A stretch of 64,000 nt of DNA from Phocaeicola sp. (GTDB taxonomy: Bacteria; Bacteroidota; Bacteroidia; Bacteroidales; Bacteroidaceae), in NCBI GenBank assembly GCA_020026225.1, contig JAHHQU010000002.1:16810-80809 (forward strand). The letters are read 5' to 3'. The notes beneath the pieces are model-generated. The model was not told where the DNA came from. It saw nothing but the letters and a program-made list of their open reading frames with translations, and ran no database searches. The number at the start of each line of letters is the position of its first letter. Position 1 is the first letter of the stretch. The translations under genes were made by a program, and so were the position numbers. Below are positions 29,279 to 40,295 of the stretch, one piece after another.

Positions 29279-32023
29279 TCAATACCACTTCACCGAGCTT
29301 CCGGTATTACTACGCTGATCCCATTTCAATGCATCGGTCAACATTGAAGAATTGGCACGGATTGAGAAGTTATATGATGTAAACGGACCAAATACCAAAC
29401 CACAAGACATATTGAAGCAGTGCAAGTCACGTGTTATATTCATGGTAGTCATGGACAGTTCTTTAGCATTGAAATCATAACCGGTTGAATAGTTCATATT
29501 CCAACGGCTACCGATTTTAAAGTTACCCGAAATATTCAAGGAATGAGTCAGCATATAAGGATAACGCATCTTCTTGATATTGATTTTTTTGGGATTGCGC
29601 TTATCTTCACGAATACTATAACTATAACTCAAACTGACACTCCAAGGGAATTTGAATGCCAAATAACCGTCAGGACTGACTGTAGCGGATTCAGTCTTAC
29701 GCATGTTGGACTTGTTGTCGCTATTTATATCGTCTTCATCCTCTTCATCCTCCTCATTCTTATTCTTCTTGTCTTTCTCTTTATCTTTATCATCTCCTTT
29801 ACCGAACCATTTCTTGAAGGTATCGTTATTCAAGGTGTAAGAGAAAGAACCGCTATATCCCTGGAAACGACCGAATCGTCCGTATGACCATTCAGTACGA
29901 TCGCCTACCACTACATTGCCGTTCTCATCAAACTTATAAGCATACGTAGCAAACGAAGCATTCATATTGAAAGTATATGATTTGGACAACTTCAAGCGAA
30001 GATTCATACTCAAATCACTCCAGCGGTCATTAGCCATATCATACGACAGCTGAGCTCCCAACTGGTCAATCAGACTGATTTTACGATAACCGGTCGTATC
30101 CCGATCAGACTTCATCTTCATTTCAACGTTATTATCTATCGTGAATGAAATGTTCTGTGACATCTGCTTGCCTGGAACGCCGTACACAAAATTCTGATAA
30201 GGAGAATATTCTACCGTACGCACCTCTCCATGTTCATCGGTATACGTATACGTATCATAATAGCCAAAACGTTTGGTTCCGAAATTCGGAGTATAAGTAT
30301 AATTTATAGCCGGAGTAAATACATGACGAATCTGGATTTCCTTCTTCTTCATAAACAACGGCTTATACATACCATACAACTTCGTATTCACCTGCAACGA
30401 AAGATTATAGTCGTATACACGATTGAAGCCGTTAATGGTATCCCTACGGATATGGTCTCCTCTGACACTCGGATCGTAGCTCTGTTTTACCTTATTCAAA
30501 TACCAGCGTTCGGTATATTTGAATGTAGACACAACATTGAGGTACTTGAACAAATTGAATGTAGCCGAAACCGGAATTATATGCTGCATGCCGTTTTCCC
30601 ATTGTGTCAACGGGGTTTTGAAGAGCAGATTATCCTTAGTATGTATCTTATTGGTCAAGTTACCCGTATACTGCAAGGAAATCTTCTCATACCAATGATC
30701 GCCCGATGATTTTTTACGCTTGAACGGATAAATACGGTTCAACGTAATATTCAAGTCAGGCAAAGTCATACTTAAAGAAGAGTCACGCGTATTTTGGGTA
30801 ATATTGAACGCACCCGAGATATTCAAACCTATCTTTGGGAAATTACGCGAATAGCTCACACTGGAAGCCTTTGTATTTTGTGCATACCGCTGCGGGTTAT
30901 ACAAACTGCTCAAAGTAGAACGGTCATAGCTACTGGTAGAAAAGTTCACGCTGGCTGCAAAAGAGCTGTTCGGATTTGCCTTCGGATCCTGACGATGACT
31001 CCATTGGATACGGAAGTCTTTCGACACATTATAATCCGGCATGTTCTTTTCACCTAATTTAGTAACCAAATAACTGGCATTGAAAGAACCGCTGTACTTA
31101 TATCGCTTATTATAGTTGGAAGCAGCAGAAAGTCCCCACGAACCTTTGGTAAAGATTTCACCTAAAAGCTTCAGGTCCATCTTGTCACTAATGGCAAAAT
31201 AATAACCACCATCACGCAGATAGAATCCTCGGTTCATTTCATCACCATACGTTGGCATAATAAAACCAGAAGAATAACTACTGCTAAACGGGAAGAAACC
31301 GAAAGGAACGGCAATAGGCAATGGAACATCTTCCACCACAAGCTGGGCTGGTCCAAAGACCACATTCTTCTTAGGCTTTACCTTAGCCATTGAAAGTTTC
31401 AGATAAAAATGCGGATGATCACTATCACAAGTAGTATACTTACCATGCTGCATAAAGATTTCATCATTCGCTCCTTTTTTCGCATTTTCACTGGTTACAT
31501 ATCCTTCACCCTGCTGAGTAACAATGCTATTGATAAACCCTTTCTTAGTTTTGAAGTTATAACGCATCACCTTCGACTCATAAGGAGTTTCACCGTCCTT
31601 AAAGACAGGGAGTTCAGTCTCAACCCCTGCGGTATCTACCTTTCCACGAGCATGTACGGTATTGCTGTCCATGTTCATGGTGATCACCCCAGACGTCAGT
31701 TCTATACGCTGATAATTCACTTTACCTTGTCCGTAAAGATGTGCGAAACCTTCTTTTGTGAAAACAATAGAATCATTTGCCTCATACACTACAGGCGCAT
31801 CCAAAGCATCTTTCTTCCGTGTAGAGTCGGCAGCCAATGTATCTACAGCTAATGAATCCACTTTTAAAGAATCGAGTTTGTTTTTTTCAGCATACTTTTG
31901 ATTGACAGAGTCGATACGTGCTCTTTTCCCTCTCACACGCTGAGCCTCAGCATAAAAGGAACAAAAGATTCCGAACAAAAATACGGTAAAAAATAAATAT
32001 GTGGTTCGTTTAAATGATGTCAT
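29279..32023 (-). CDS. LPS-assembly protein LptD-like outer-membrane protein
   Basis: Signal peptide, OstA-like N-terminus, GKYTTCD..HPHF, SGFIMPTYG, GFYLRDGGYY and TRDLHCF motifs. A -7 box lies at 32049-32056. Confidence 0.85.
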   Translation of the reverse strand: MTSFKRTTYLFFTVFLFGIFCSFYAEAQRVRGKRARIDSVNQKYAEKNKLDSLKVDSLAVDTLAADSTRKKDALDAPVVYEANDSIVFTKEGFAHLYGQGKVNYQRIELTSGVITMNMDSNTVHARGKVDTAGVETELPVFKDGETPYESKVMRYNFKTKKGFINSIVTQQGEGYVTSENAKKGANDEIFMQHGKYTTCDSDHPHFYLKLSMAKVKPKKNVVFGPAQLVVEDVPLPIAVPFGFFPFSSSYSSGFIMPTYGDEMNRGFYLRDGGYYFAISDKMDLKLLGEIFTKGSWGLSAASNYNKRYKYSGSFNASYLVTKLGEKNMPDYNVSKDFRIQWSHRQDPKANPNSSFAASVNFSTSSYDRSTLSSLYNPQRYAQNTKASSVSYSRNFPKIGLNISGAFNITQNTRDSSLSMTLPDLNITLNRIYPFKRKKSSGDHWYEKISLQYTGNLTNKIHTKDNLLFKTPLTQWENGMQHIIPVSATFNLFKYLNVVSTFKYTERWYLNKVKQSYDPSVRGDHIRRDTINGFNRVYDYNLSLQVNTKLYGMYKPLFMKKKEIQIRHVFTPAINYTYTPNFGTKRFGYYDTYTYTDEHGEVRTVEYSPYQNFVYGVPGKQMSQNISFTIDNNVEMKMKSDRDTTGYRKISLIDQLGAQLSYDMANDRWSDLSMNLRLKLSKSYTFNMNASFATYAYKFDENGNVVVGDRTEWSYGRFGRFQGYSGSFSYTLNNDTFKKWFGKGDDKDKEKDKKNKNEEDEEDEDDINSDNKSNMRKTESATVSPDGYLAFKFPWSVSLSYSYSIREDKRNPKKINIKKMRYPYMLTHSLNISGNFKIGSRWNMNYSTGYDFNAKELSMTTMNITRDLHCFNMSCGLVFGPFTSYNFSIRANSSMLTDALKWDQRSNTGSSVKWY

Positions 32024-32110
32024 TATCTATTTAGGGAATAGTGCGTTGCAAAAGTAAGCAATCTCACGCAAATAAATGCTATAACTCCTTGTTTTAATTA
32101 TTTTTTAAGA

Positions 32111-32647
32111 CTATAAGAAGAGTTCACACCAATGATCAAAACGTACAAGTCCCTCTTCACCATGTTTTTCAATGCTTATTCTGGCCTTCTCAACACTTTT
32201 TTCACGGTCAAGATGAGTTTTAGAAAAAAACTTATCGGCGAAACAAATCAATTGTTCTTCCAAACTGACAGGAACCATTTCTCGATGAGGTACAGGAAGG
32301 TTCCTTTCCAGAATCTGTTTTAACGTCAAACCCGCTCCTGTATGGCGTTCACAGACCAAAGCATGCCGTGGAAAACCTTCAGCACGCACCAAATCAGCTC
32401 CTAAATAACCATGACAAATATAAGGATAGGTTCCGTAACAACAAATGCCATCAGCATCCGTCTTAAAGATACCAATATCGTGCAGCATGGCAGCTTCTTC
32501 CAGAAAGTTCAAATCCAAATCAAATTCCGGATGGTTATGTGCTATTTCCAAAGCCTTGTCGGCTACCGAACGACTGTGAGTTACCAGAATATGTTTCAAT
32601 TCATTATCTACAGGATAATATTTATCAATCAATACAAGCGGATTCAT
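32111..32647 (-). CDS. HD-domain (HDIG) phosphohydrolase
   Basis: HS..VA, MLHDIG, HG, HTG and ADKF motifs. The start was set to ATG 32647. Confidence 0.88.
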   Translation of the reverse strand: MNPLVLIDKYYPVDNELKHILVTHSRSVADKALEIAHNHPEFDLDLNFLEEAAMLHDIGIFKTDADGICCYGTYPYICHGYLGADLVRAEGFPRHALVCERHTGAGLTLKQILERNLPVPHREMVPVSLEEQLICFADKFFSKTHLDREKSVEKARISIEKHGEEGLVRFDHWCELFL

Positions 32648-32729
32648 TCTACAACACTTTAAGTTCAACAAAATATTAGTAACTTTGTATTACTCTCATA
32701 GGATTACAAATTTACAAAAATGTTTTAAG

Positions 32730-33908
32730 ATGTCTCGTCTGATAATCTCACTTTCGCTTCTTTTTCTTCCGTTTGCGGGAATGGCCCAAACTAAAGCGTC
32801 TACCGTACAAATGGGAGGAGAACAAATTCCAGAACTTTTATCGTTAGTAAAAGGGAAACGAATCGCACTGGTTGCCAACTAGACTTCTCTAGTCGGCAAG
32901 ACCCATCTGCTGGATACATTATGCACCCTTCACGCTACCCCAAAAACCATTTTCACCCCTGAACACGGATTCAGAGGAAAAGCTGACGCAGGGGAAACAG
33001 TCAGAAATGGGAGGGATATAAACACCGGTGTACCCATCACCTCCCTTTACGGAAAGAACAAAAAGCCGACAATCCAACAATTGCGAAACATTGATGCCGT
33101 GATCTTCGACATTCAAGATGTAGGTGCACGCTTCTATACGTACATCAGCACATTATATTATGTCATGCAGGCCTGTGCAGAAAACCACAAAGAAGTGATC
33201 ATTCTCGACCGCCCCAATCCTTGTGATTACATCGACGGTCCCCTACGCAAACCTAAATTTAAAAGTTTCGTAGGCATGTTACCTATACCGGTCCTCCACG
33301 GATGCACCATGGGAGAATTAGCTGGCATGATCAATGGAGAAGGTTGGTTGGGCAAAAACCTTTCCTGCAAAATACATGTCGTAAAGATGAAAGGCTGGAA
33401 ACACGGACAACCCTACTCACTCCCCGTCAAGCCATCACCCAACCTTCCTAATGACCAGGCAATAGCTTGGTATGCCTCACTCTGTCTGTTTGAGGCCACT
33501 TCTGTGAGTGTAGGACGTGGAACGTATTTTCCTTTTCAAGTATTCGGTTCACCCGAACTTCCACAAGACACATATACCTTCCATTTCACTCCGCAGGCAT
33601 TAAAAGGATTCGACAAAAACCCTCTTCACAAGGGAACAGTCTGCAACGGATTCGATCTTCGAAAAGAAGTTGCCCCCAAAGGTCTTTCGCTGAAGTATAT
33701 CCTACAAGCCTACAATTCCTACCGACAAATGAATAAAGTCGAAGCATTCCTCACCCGCCCCAATTGGTTTGACTTGCTGATGGGAACCGATCAGGTACGC
33801 AAAGACATGCTGGCCGGGAAAGAAGAAGCAGCCATTCGGTCGGCTTGGCAAAAAGACCTCAACGCCTATAAGGCCATGCGAAAGAAATACTTGCTATACC
33901 AAGAATAA
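32730..33908 (+). pseudogene. namZ: Exo-beta-N-acetylmuramidase NamZ (DUF1343), interrupted by one in-frame TAG at 32880-32882
   Basis: One reading frame throughout: signal peptide...RIALVAN*TSLVG...PEHGFRG...SLYG...FDIQDVGARFYTY...DRPNP...PSPNLP...SVGRGT. The stop falls on the Q of the family NQTS motif. Confidence 0.85.
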
Positions 33909-33938
33909 GCCCCGAATCAAAGTCCGAACAACAAGCAT

Positions 33939-33975
33939 AAAAAAAGGTCCTAACGCTTTCGCGTCAGGACCTTTT
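33939..33975. terminator. Bidirectional terminator between namZ and pgk
   Basis: AAAAAAAGGTCCTAACGC-TTTC-GCGTCAGGACCTTTT. Confidence 0.8.
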
Positions 33976-33995
33976 CTATATCGTAACAAATTCAA

Positions 33996-35252
33996 TTATT
34001 TGTCGCCACGGATAGCTGCGATACCTGGAAGAACTTTACCTTCGATAGCTTCCAACAAAGCACCACCACCAGTAGAGATGTAAGAAACTTTGTCAGCCAT
34101 ACCAAACTTGTTGATACAAGCTACAGAGTCACCACCACCGATCAATGAGAATGCACCGTTAGCAGTTGCTTCAGCGATAGCATCAGCGATAGCCTTAGAA
34201 CCACCTACGAAGTTATCGAATTCGAATACACCAGCAGGACCGTTCCAAAGAATAGTCTTAGCACCCTTGATTGCAGCAGCAAATGCTTCACGGCTCTTAG
34301 GACCTGCATCCAAACCTTCCCAACCTTCAGGGATGTTGTTTGCGTCACAAATCTGAGTGTTAGCATCGTTAGCGAAGTTATCAGCTGCAACACAGTCAGT
34401 AGCCAATACCAAGTTTACACCTTTAGCTTTAGCTTTTTCGATGATAGAAAGAGCCAAATCCAATTTATCATCTTCGCAGATTGATTTACCGATGTTACCA
34501 CCCTGAGCTTTAGCGAAAGTAAATGTCATACCACCGCAAAGGATCAAGTTGTCTACTTTGTCCATCAAGTTTTCGATGATACCAATCTTAGTAGAAACTT
34601 TAGAACCACCCATGATAGCAGTGAAAGGACGTTTGATATCTTTCAAGATGCTATCAACAGCGTGTACTTCTTTTTCCATCAAGTAACCCAACATCTTGTG
34701 GTCAGCATCGAAGTAGTCAGCGATAACAGCTGTAGAAGCATGTTTACGGTGAGCAGTACCGAAAGCATCCATTACATAGCAGTCAGCGTAAGAAGCCAAA
34801 GTCTTAGCGAATTCCTTCTGAGAAGCTTTCATAGCTTTCTTAGCTTCGTCGTAAGCAGGATCTTCTTTATCGATACCTACAGGTTTACCTTCTTCTTCTG
34901 GGTAGAAACGCAAGTTTTCAAGCAACAAAACTTCACCTGGTTTCAAAGCAGCAGCAGCTTCAGCAGCCTTTGCACAGTCTGGAGCGAACTGAACAGGAGC
35001 ACCCAAGCGTTCTGCAACTGCATCAACAATCTGGCTCAAAGAGAATTTTGCATTCACTTTACCTTTTGGCTTACCCATGTGTGACATGATAATCAAAGCA
35101 CCACCGTCAGCCAATACTTTCTTCAATGTAGGAAGAGCACCACGGATACGAGTATCATCAGTAAGTTTGCCTTCTTCATTCAAAGGTACATTAAAGTCAA
35201 CACGAACGATTGCCTTTTTACCAGCAAAGTTGAATTTGTCAATTGTCATCAT
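33996..35252 (-). CDS. pgk: Phosphoglycerate kinase
   Basis: [38 protein letters not shown] and STGGGA motifs. A -7 box lies at 35303-35310. Confidence 0.97.
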   Translation of the reverse strand: MMTIDKFNFAGKKAIVRVDFNVPLNEEGKLTDDTRIRGALPTLKKVLADGGALIIMSHMGKPKGKVNAKFSLSQIVDAVAERLGAPVQFAPDCAKAAEAAAALKPGEVLLLENLRFYPEEEGKPVGIDKEDPAYDEAKKAMKASQKEFAKTLASYADCYVMDAFGTAHRKHASTAVIADYFDADHKMLGYLMEKEVHAVDSILKDIKRPFTAIMGGSKVSTKIGIIENLMDKVDNLILCGGMTFTFAKAQGGNIGKSICEDDKLDLALSIIEKAKAKGVNLVLATDCVAADNFANDANTQICDANNIPEGWEGLDAGPKSREAFAAAIKGAKTILWNGPAGVFEFDNFVGGSKAIADAIAEATANGAFSLIGGGDSVACINKFGMADKVSYISTGGGALLEAIEGKVLPGIAAIRGDK

Positions 35253-35510
35253 AATTGTAATATTTTTGTTTAAAAATAAATTTCGAAATCATTTCCTGAT
35301 GGCAAAGTTAAGAAAAAAAACAAACACAAATGATAATCTGATTATTATTTTCGCTTTCAAAACACATTTCTGCACCTATTATAAAAAAAGCCCTGCAGAA
35401 GGGTCTGAATAGCATCAAACTCCCTCCACAGGACTCTTTATAATCATTTAATGGTAAACTTTAAAGTCCCATTATAAACTAAGGTACATCCATTAACAAA
35501 TCACCGTTTA

Positions 35511-36854
35511 TCAGAATTGGTAATTCAATGACAAGCCGAACACTTTGTTTGAACGGCTGTACACATCAGTGCCCGAATAACCGGTTCCATTATAACTTGC
35601 ACTAGTCTTTGTATAATCTTTATATTTAGTCCAGAAATAAGCAACGTCCATACTCCATCCCTTAGTCAAGTCCACTCTGGCACCGAAACCTAAAGAATAA
35701 GAATCACATGAGAAGCTTGTATCTGTCTGGAACTTATCGCTCAATCCATAGTCTGTATTCTGGAAACCTCCTGAGAAGGTCAAGTTTTCGGTAGCATCCC
35801 ATTCAGCACCGACCAAGATTTCATGAGTGCCGTGTGACAAAGTCTTCTGACGGTCGTCAGCCATACCGGCATTCAAGTCGTCAAAGAAGTGATATTCTAC
35901 GGTTGCACGCAAAGTAGGAAGGAATTCATAACCTACCGCAGCTGAGAACATAGCCGGAACATCGCTCGGAGTATTCACACCTTCTTTATATGCACCCAAC
36001 TTAGATTCGATAATCTCAGGATTCACTTCCATTTCACCAGTCTTGTTTTCAATGTTCAAGTTGGTTTTGAATTCATATTTCATTCCAATGTTGAACTTAT
36101 TGAATTTGAAGTCAGTACCCAAGATAGGAGCAATACCCCATCCGCTCTGGTCGCACTTCAACTTGATATCAGCCAATGTACGATAGTTGTCTGGGAATGA
36201 CTGCCAATATTTGTCATATAAAGCAGCAGTTAAGAAACCTTCGTAACCACCAGAAAAATAGTTCATACGTCCACCAGCGTATACAGATACCCAATCTGCA
36301 ATTCTATAACTCAATCCCAACTGAAGACCAAAGATATACTGTTTACCATCCATAGCCGAATTTATGTCATACATGTCTGGATGAATTTTTTTCTTATAAA
36401 CCTGATCAATCAGATGTGTTATCATCGAATTGAAAAGAGGCAAGCCCTGATTGAAAGATGCCTTGCCACCACCACCGGTGATACCAAAGTTAGTAGAAAT
36501 GGTCCAATCACCTTTTTTGTAGACACCCTGGAAAGAAGGGATGATAGGAGCTGAAGCCTTACCTTCAAATTCGCGAGTAGTAGTTTTGCCACCCAAAGTC
36601 CAAAGAGGAGTAGTAGCAGAGATAGAACGTTTCTGGAAAGCACTCTGTCCAGTCAATGAAAGATAGAAGCCGTCTTTTGGCAAAAAAGAAAGACCTGCTG
36701 GGTTTGAATATGCACCATCTACATCAATAGATGCACCACGAGCAATCATTCGTAAAAATGCTGCATTCTGATTAGTATTTGTCAAATAATCGCCCGCAAA
36801 AGTTGCGTTTGAAACGAATAGCGCCATTGCGCCAAGCAACCAAATTTTCTTCAT
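35511..36854 (-). CDS. OmpP1/FadL/TodX-family outer-membrane transport protein
   Basis: Signal peptide, YSNPAGL motif, beta-strand pattern and C-terminal GLSLNYQF. A -7 box lies at 36883-36890. Confidence 0.8.
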   Translation of the reverse strand: MKKIWLLGAMALFVSNATFAGDYLTNTNQNAAFLRMIARGASIDVDGAYSNPAGLSFLPKDGFYLSLTGQSAFQKRSISATTPLWTLGGKTTTREFEGKASAPIIPSFQGVYKKGDWTISTNFGITGGGGKASFNQGLPLFNSMITHLIDQVYKKKIHPDMYDINSAMDGKQYIFGLQLGLSYRIADWVSVYAGGRMNYFSGGYEGFLTAALYDKYWQSFPDNYRTLADIKLKCDQSGWGIAPILGTDFKFNKFNIGMKYEFKTNLNIENKTGEMEVNPEIIESKLGAYKEGVNTPSDVPAMFSAAVGYEFLPTLRATVEYHFFDDLNAGMADDRQKTLSHGTHEILVGAEWDATENLTFSGGFQNTDYGLSDKFQTDTSFSCDSYSLGFGARVDLTKGWSMDVAYFWTKYKDYTKTSASYNGTGYSGTDVYSRSNKVFGLSLNYQF

Positions 36855-37185
36855 TAAAAGTTTTATTGTTGATTAAGGCTGGCAAAGGTAAACGAGATTT
36901 CACACATATGCAAGTTTTGTGCAATATTTTCAATAAAAAAGAGCTCAAAAATGCTTTTTCTGTGCAATATTTATTTTTTTCAAGCAAATTATGGTATAGT
37001 TTCAAGTGAAACATTATCCTATCTTAAAGGCCATCACACACGGATTGGCTTCTTTCCAGCATTCATTTTCGGAATCTTCTCTTTACTATAAAAGATAAAA
37101 TAGGAGAAAGTGCAAGCATCTATTGTTGCATAAAAAGCCGTATCTTTGCAGCATGAATACTTCTCAACATTTAACTTCAGACTAT

Positions 37186-38508
37186 ATGTACAAAAACAAA
37201 GACATTTGGAACGTAACCTACCCCATCTTGCTGGGGCTACTGGCACAAAACATCATCAATGTGACTGATACAGCATTCTTGGGACGTGTGGGTGAAGTAG
37301 CTCTTGGGGCAGCCGCTATGGGTGGACTGCTATACATCTGTATCTACACCATTGCCTTCGGATTCAGTGTGGGCACTCAAATTCTCATTGCCCGCCGTAA
37401 CGGTGAAGGCAATTACAGAGAAGTAGGGCCCATCATGTGGCAAGGTAGTGCTTTCAGCTTATTGATGGGAATCTTTTTCCTGATAATCATGTATTTCAGT
37501 GCCAGTTCACTCATCCGCATGTTAATTTCGTCGGAAGCCATCTATGCAGCAACCTACGATTTTTTCACCTGGCGTATCTGGGGATTCCTCTTCGCTTTTT
37601 TAAACGTAATGTACCGTGCCTTATATATAGGTATTACACGTACCAAGGTGCTGACTATGGGATCTGTGGTGATGGCGGCAGTAAACGTCTTTTTAGATTA
37701 TGTGCTCGTATTCGGTGAACTTGGATTTCCTGAATTGGGAGTCAAAGGAGCAGCCATTGCCTCAGTCATAGCGGAAGGTTCTGCCCTGCTGTTCTTCATT
37801 CTCTACACACGATACAATTTAGACTTGAAGAAATACGGATTCACCCGATTTGTCAGTTTCGACTTCAACCTAATCAGACGTATCCTGCAGATTTCATTTT
37901 TCACCATGGCCCAATACTTCCTTTCGATGGTCATCTGGTTCATCTTCTTTATGGCGTTGGAACGCTTGGGACAAAGAGAACTGGCCATTGCCAATATCGT
38001 AAGAAGCGTGTACATCGTCTTACTCATTCCAGTACAAGCGTTGGCTACTACCGCCAACACACTGGTCAGCAACCTCATCGGCAACGGTGGAGTTAACGGT
38101 GTAACGAGCCTGCTCAATCAAATCGCAAAAATATCTACGGCCGTACTCGTCGTGTGCATTGCACTGACCATGATTTTTCCGCACAGCATCCTCTCCATCT
38201 ACACCAATGAGACCGCACTTCTCAGCGAATCGGTCCCAGCACTGTACGTGGTATGCATTTCCATGCTCATAGCCGCTCCTGCCAACATCTATTTCAGTGG
38301 CATATCTGGTACAGGCAATACCAAAGCGGCTCTGGTTTTGGAAGTGGGCATCCAGACATTCTATGCCATTTATGTAATCATGGTAGGCATGGTTCTCCAA
38401 GAACCAGTAGAAATCTGTTTTACTACAGAAGTGATTTATTACTCTACCATGCTTCTCTTTAGTGTCATTTACTTGAAAAAAGCGAAATGGCAGAATAAAA
38501 AAATTTGA
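37186..38508 (+). CDS. MATE-family efflux transporter
   Basis: DTAFLGRVGEVALGA, ILIARRNGE and LGVKGAAIASVIAE motifs, about 12 TM. An alternative in-frame ATG at 37153 sits 4 nt after the -7 box (37141-37148). Confidence 0.92.
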   Translation: MYKNKDIWNVTYPILLGLLAQNIINVTDTAFLGRVGEVALGAAAMGGLLYICIYTIAFGFSVGTQILIARRNGEGNYREVGPIMWQGSAFSLLMGIFFLIIMYFSASSLIRMLISSEAIYAATYDFFTWRIWGFLFAFLNVMYRALYIGITRTKVLTMGSVVMAAVNVFLDYVLVFGELGFPELGVKGAAIASVIAEGSALLFFILYTRYNLDLKKYGFTRFVSFDFNLIRRILQISFFTMAQYFLSMVIWFIFFMALERLGQRELAIANIVRSVYIVLLIPVQALATTANTLVSNLIGNGGVNGVTSLLNQIAKISTAVLVVCIALTMIFPHSILSIYTNETALLSESVPALYVVCISMLIAAPANIYFSGISGTGNTKAALVLEVGIQTFYAIYVIMVGMVLQEPVEICFTTEVIYYSTMLLFSVIYLKKAKWQNKKI

Positions 38509-38574
38509 GTATGCAATTTTTTTTTATAAATTTGCACCCCGTTGTAATAGAAGAAATTAAGTAAGAAAAAAGAT

Positions 38575-39909
38575 ATGTTCGACAATTTAAGTGAAAGACT
38601 AGAACGGTCATTCAAGATATTGAAGGGTGAAGGTAAAATCACCGAAATCAATGTTGCTGAAACCTTGAAAGATGTACGCCGTGCACTTCTTGACGCCGAC
38701 GTCAACTACAAAGTAGCGAAAAACTTTACAGACACTGTAAAAGAAAAAGCGATAGGACAGAACGTACTGACCGCTGTAAAACCTAGCCAGTTGATGGTTA
38801 AGATTGTACACAGCGAATTGACCACTTTGATGGGTGGAGAAACTGCTGAGATTGAATTGAAAAATCGTCCGGCTGTTATCTTGATGTCCGGTCTTCAAGG
38901 TTCTGGTAAGACCACTTTCTCTGGCAAGCTGGCATGCATGCTGAAGAACAAGAAGAACCGCAAGCCATTGTTGGTAGCTTGTGACGTATATCGTCCGGCT
39001 GCAATCGATCAGTTGAAAGTTTTAGGTGAACAGATTAACGTTCCTGTTTACAGCGAACCAGACAGTAAAGATCCTGTAAAGATTGCTCAAAATGCCATTC
39101 AAGAAGCCAAAGCGAAAGGCTATGACTTGGTTATCGTCGATACTGCCGGTCGTTTGGCGGTAGACGAACAAATGATGAACGAAATCGAAGCCATCAAAAA
39201 CGCCATCACTCCTGATGAGACGTTGTTCGTTGTTGATGCCATGACAGGTCAGGATGCTGTCAATACAGCACGCGAATTCAACGAACGTTTGGACTTCAAC
39301 GGAGTCGTTTTGACCAAATTGGACGGTGATACCCGAGGTGGTGCCGCTCTTTCTATCCGTACTGTCGTAAACAAACCTATCAAGTTCATCGGTACAGGTG
39401 AAAAATTGGATGCTATCGACCAGTTCCACCCGGCACGTATGGCCGACCGTATCTTGGGTATGGGTGATATCGTATCTTTGGTAGAACGTGCTCAGGAACA
39501 ATATGACGAAGAAGAAGCTAAACGCCTTCAGAAAAAGATTCAGAAGAACCAGTTCGACTTCAACGATTTCTTGAATCAGATTCATCAAATCAAGAAGATG
39601 GGTAACTTGAAAGAATTGGCATCTATGATTCCTGGTGTAGGTAAGGCTATCAAAGATATCGACATCGACGACAATGCATTCAAGAGCATTGAAGCTATTA
39701 TCTATTCCATGACTCCAGAAGAACGTACACGTCCTGAGATTCTGAACGGTTCACGCCGTACACGTATCGCCAAAGGTAGTGGTACCAACATTCAGGAAGT
39801 AAACCGCTTGTTGAAACAGTTCGAACAGACTCGCAAGATGATGAAAATGGTAACTGGCAGCAAGATGGCTGGTATGATGCAGAAAATGCAGCAGCAACAG
39901 AAAAGATAA
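38575..39909 (+). CDS. ffh: Signal recognition particle protein
   Basis: GLQGSGKTT, DTAGR, TKLDGD and RILGMGD motifs, plus the M domain. Confidence 0.98.
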   Translation: MFDNLSERLERSFKILKGEGKITEINVAETLKDVRRALLDADVNYKVAKNFTDTVKEKAIGQNVLTAVKPSQLMVKIVHSELTTLMGGETAEIELKNRPAVILMSGLQGSGKTTFSGKLACMLKNKKNRKPLLVACDVYRPAAIDQLKVLGEQINVPVYSEPDSKDPVKIAQNAIQEAKAKGYDLVIVDTAGRLAVDEQMMNEIEAIKNAITPDETLFVVDAMTGQDAVNTAREFNERLDFNGVVLTKLDGDTRGGAALSIRTVVNKPIKFIGTGEKLDAIDQFHPARMADRILGMGDIVSLVERAQEQYDEEEAKRLQKKIQKNQFDFNDFLNQIHQIKKMGNLKELASMIPGVGKAIKDIDIDDNAFKSIEAIIYSMTPEERTRPEILNGSRRTRIAKGSGTNIQEVNRLLKQFEQTRKMMKMVTGSKMAGMMQKMQQQQKR

Positions 39910-39939
39910 GAATTCCTTAAAGGAATAGCTTAAAAATAC

Positions 39940-39998
39940 AAACCGCACGCTTTTTCAATAACTGTTTAAAAGGTAATTGAAAAGCGTGCGGTTTTTTT
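39940..39998 (+). terminator. Intrinsic terminator after ffh
   Basis: AAACCGCACGCTTTT...AAAAGCGTGCGGTTTTTTT. Confidence 0.8.
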
Positions 39999-40295
39999 AT
40001 GCCCTTTTCGGGAAGTTTCATGTTTTCCCCTTTCCATCCTACTTCCTGCCTGAAGATAAAGCTCCTCTCATCGCCATCCAATTTACCTCACCCAAGCAAC
40101 AAGTCCTCCCTCCATTGCCGTCAAGTTACCTTTTTCGAATAGAATGTTTGAACATTTGCTCCAAAGTTTTTTTCATTAGCACAAATTTAGCCGTAACTTT
40201 GTAGTCAAGTCATGAATGTCCACAAGAAGTCTTATCTACTATAGAAAGCAAGTATGGACTCATACAAACGGTAACTATCATCATATTAATCTATC

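Noticed and set aside
32880..32882. Genome-wide TAG-to-Gln recoding as an explanation for the namZ stop
   Set aside because: It is the only in-frame TAG seen. TAG ends other genes normally (12348-12350, 32111-32113), RF1 (prfA) is intact, and no suppressor tRNA is in the window.
39878..39909. Poly-Gln (CAG-like) end of ffh as a contingency repeat
   Set aside because: It is only four mixed codons within the normally Met/Gln-rich, variable M-domain tail.
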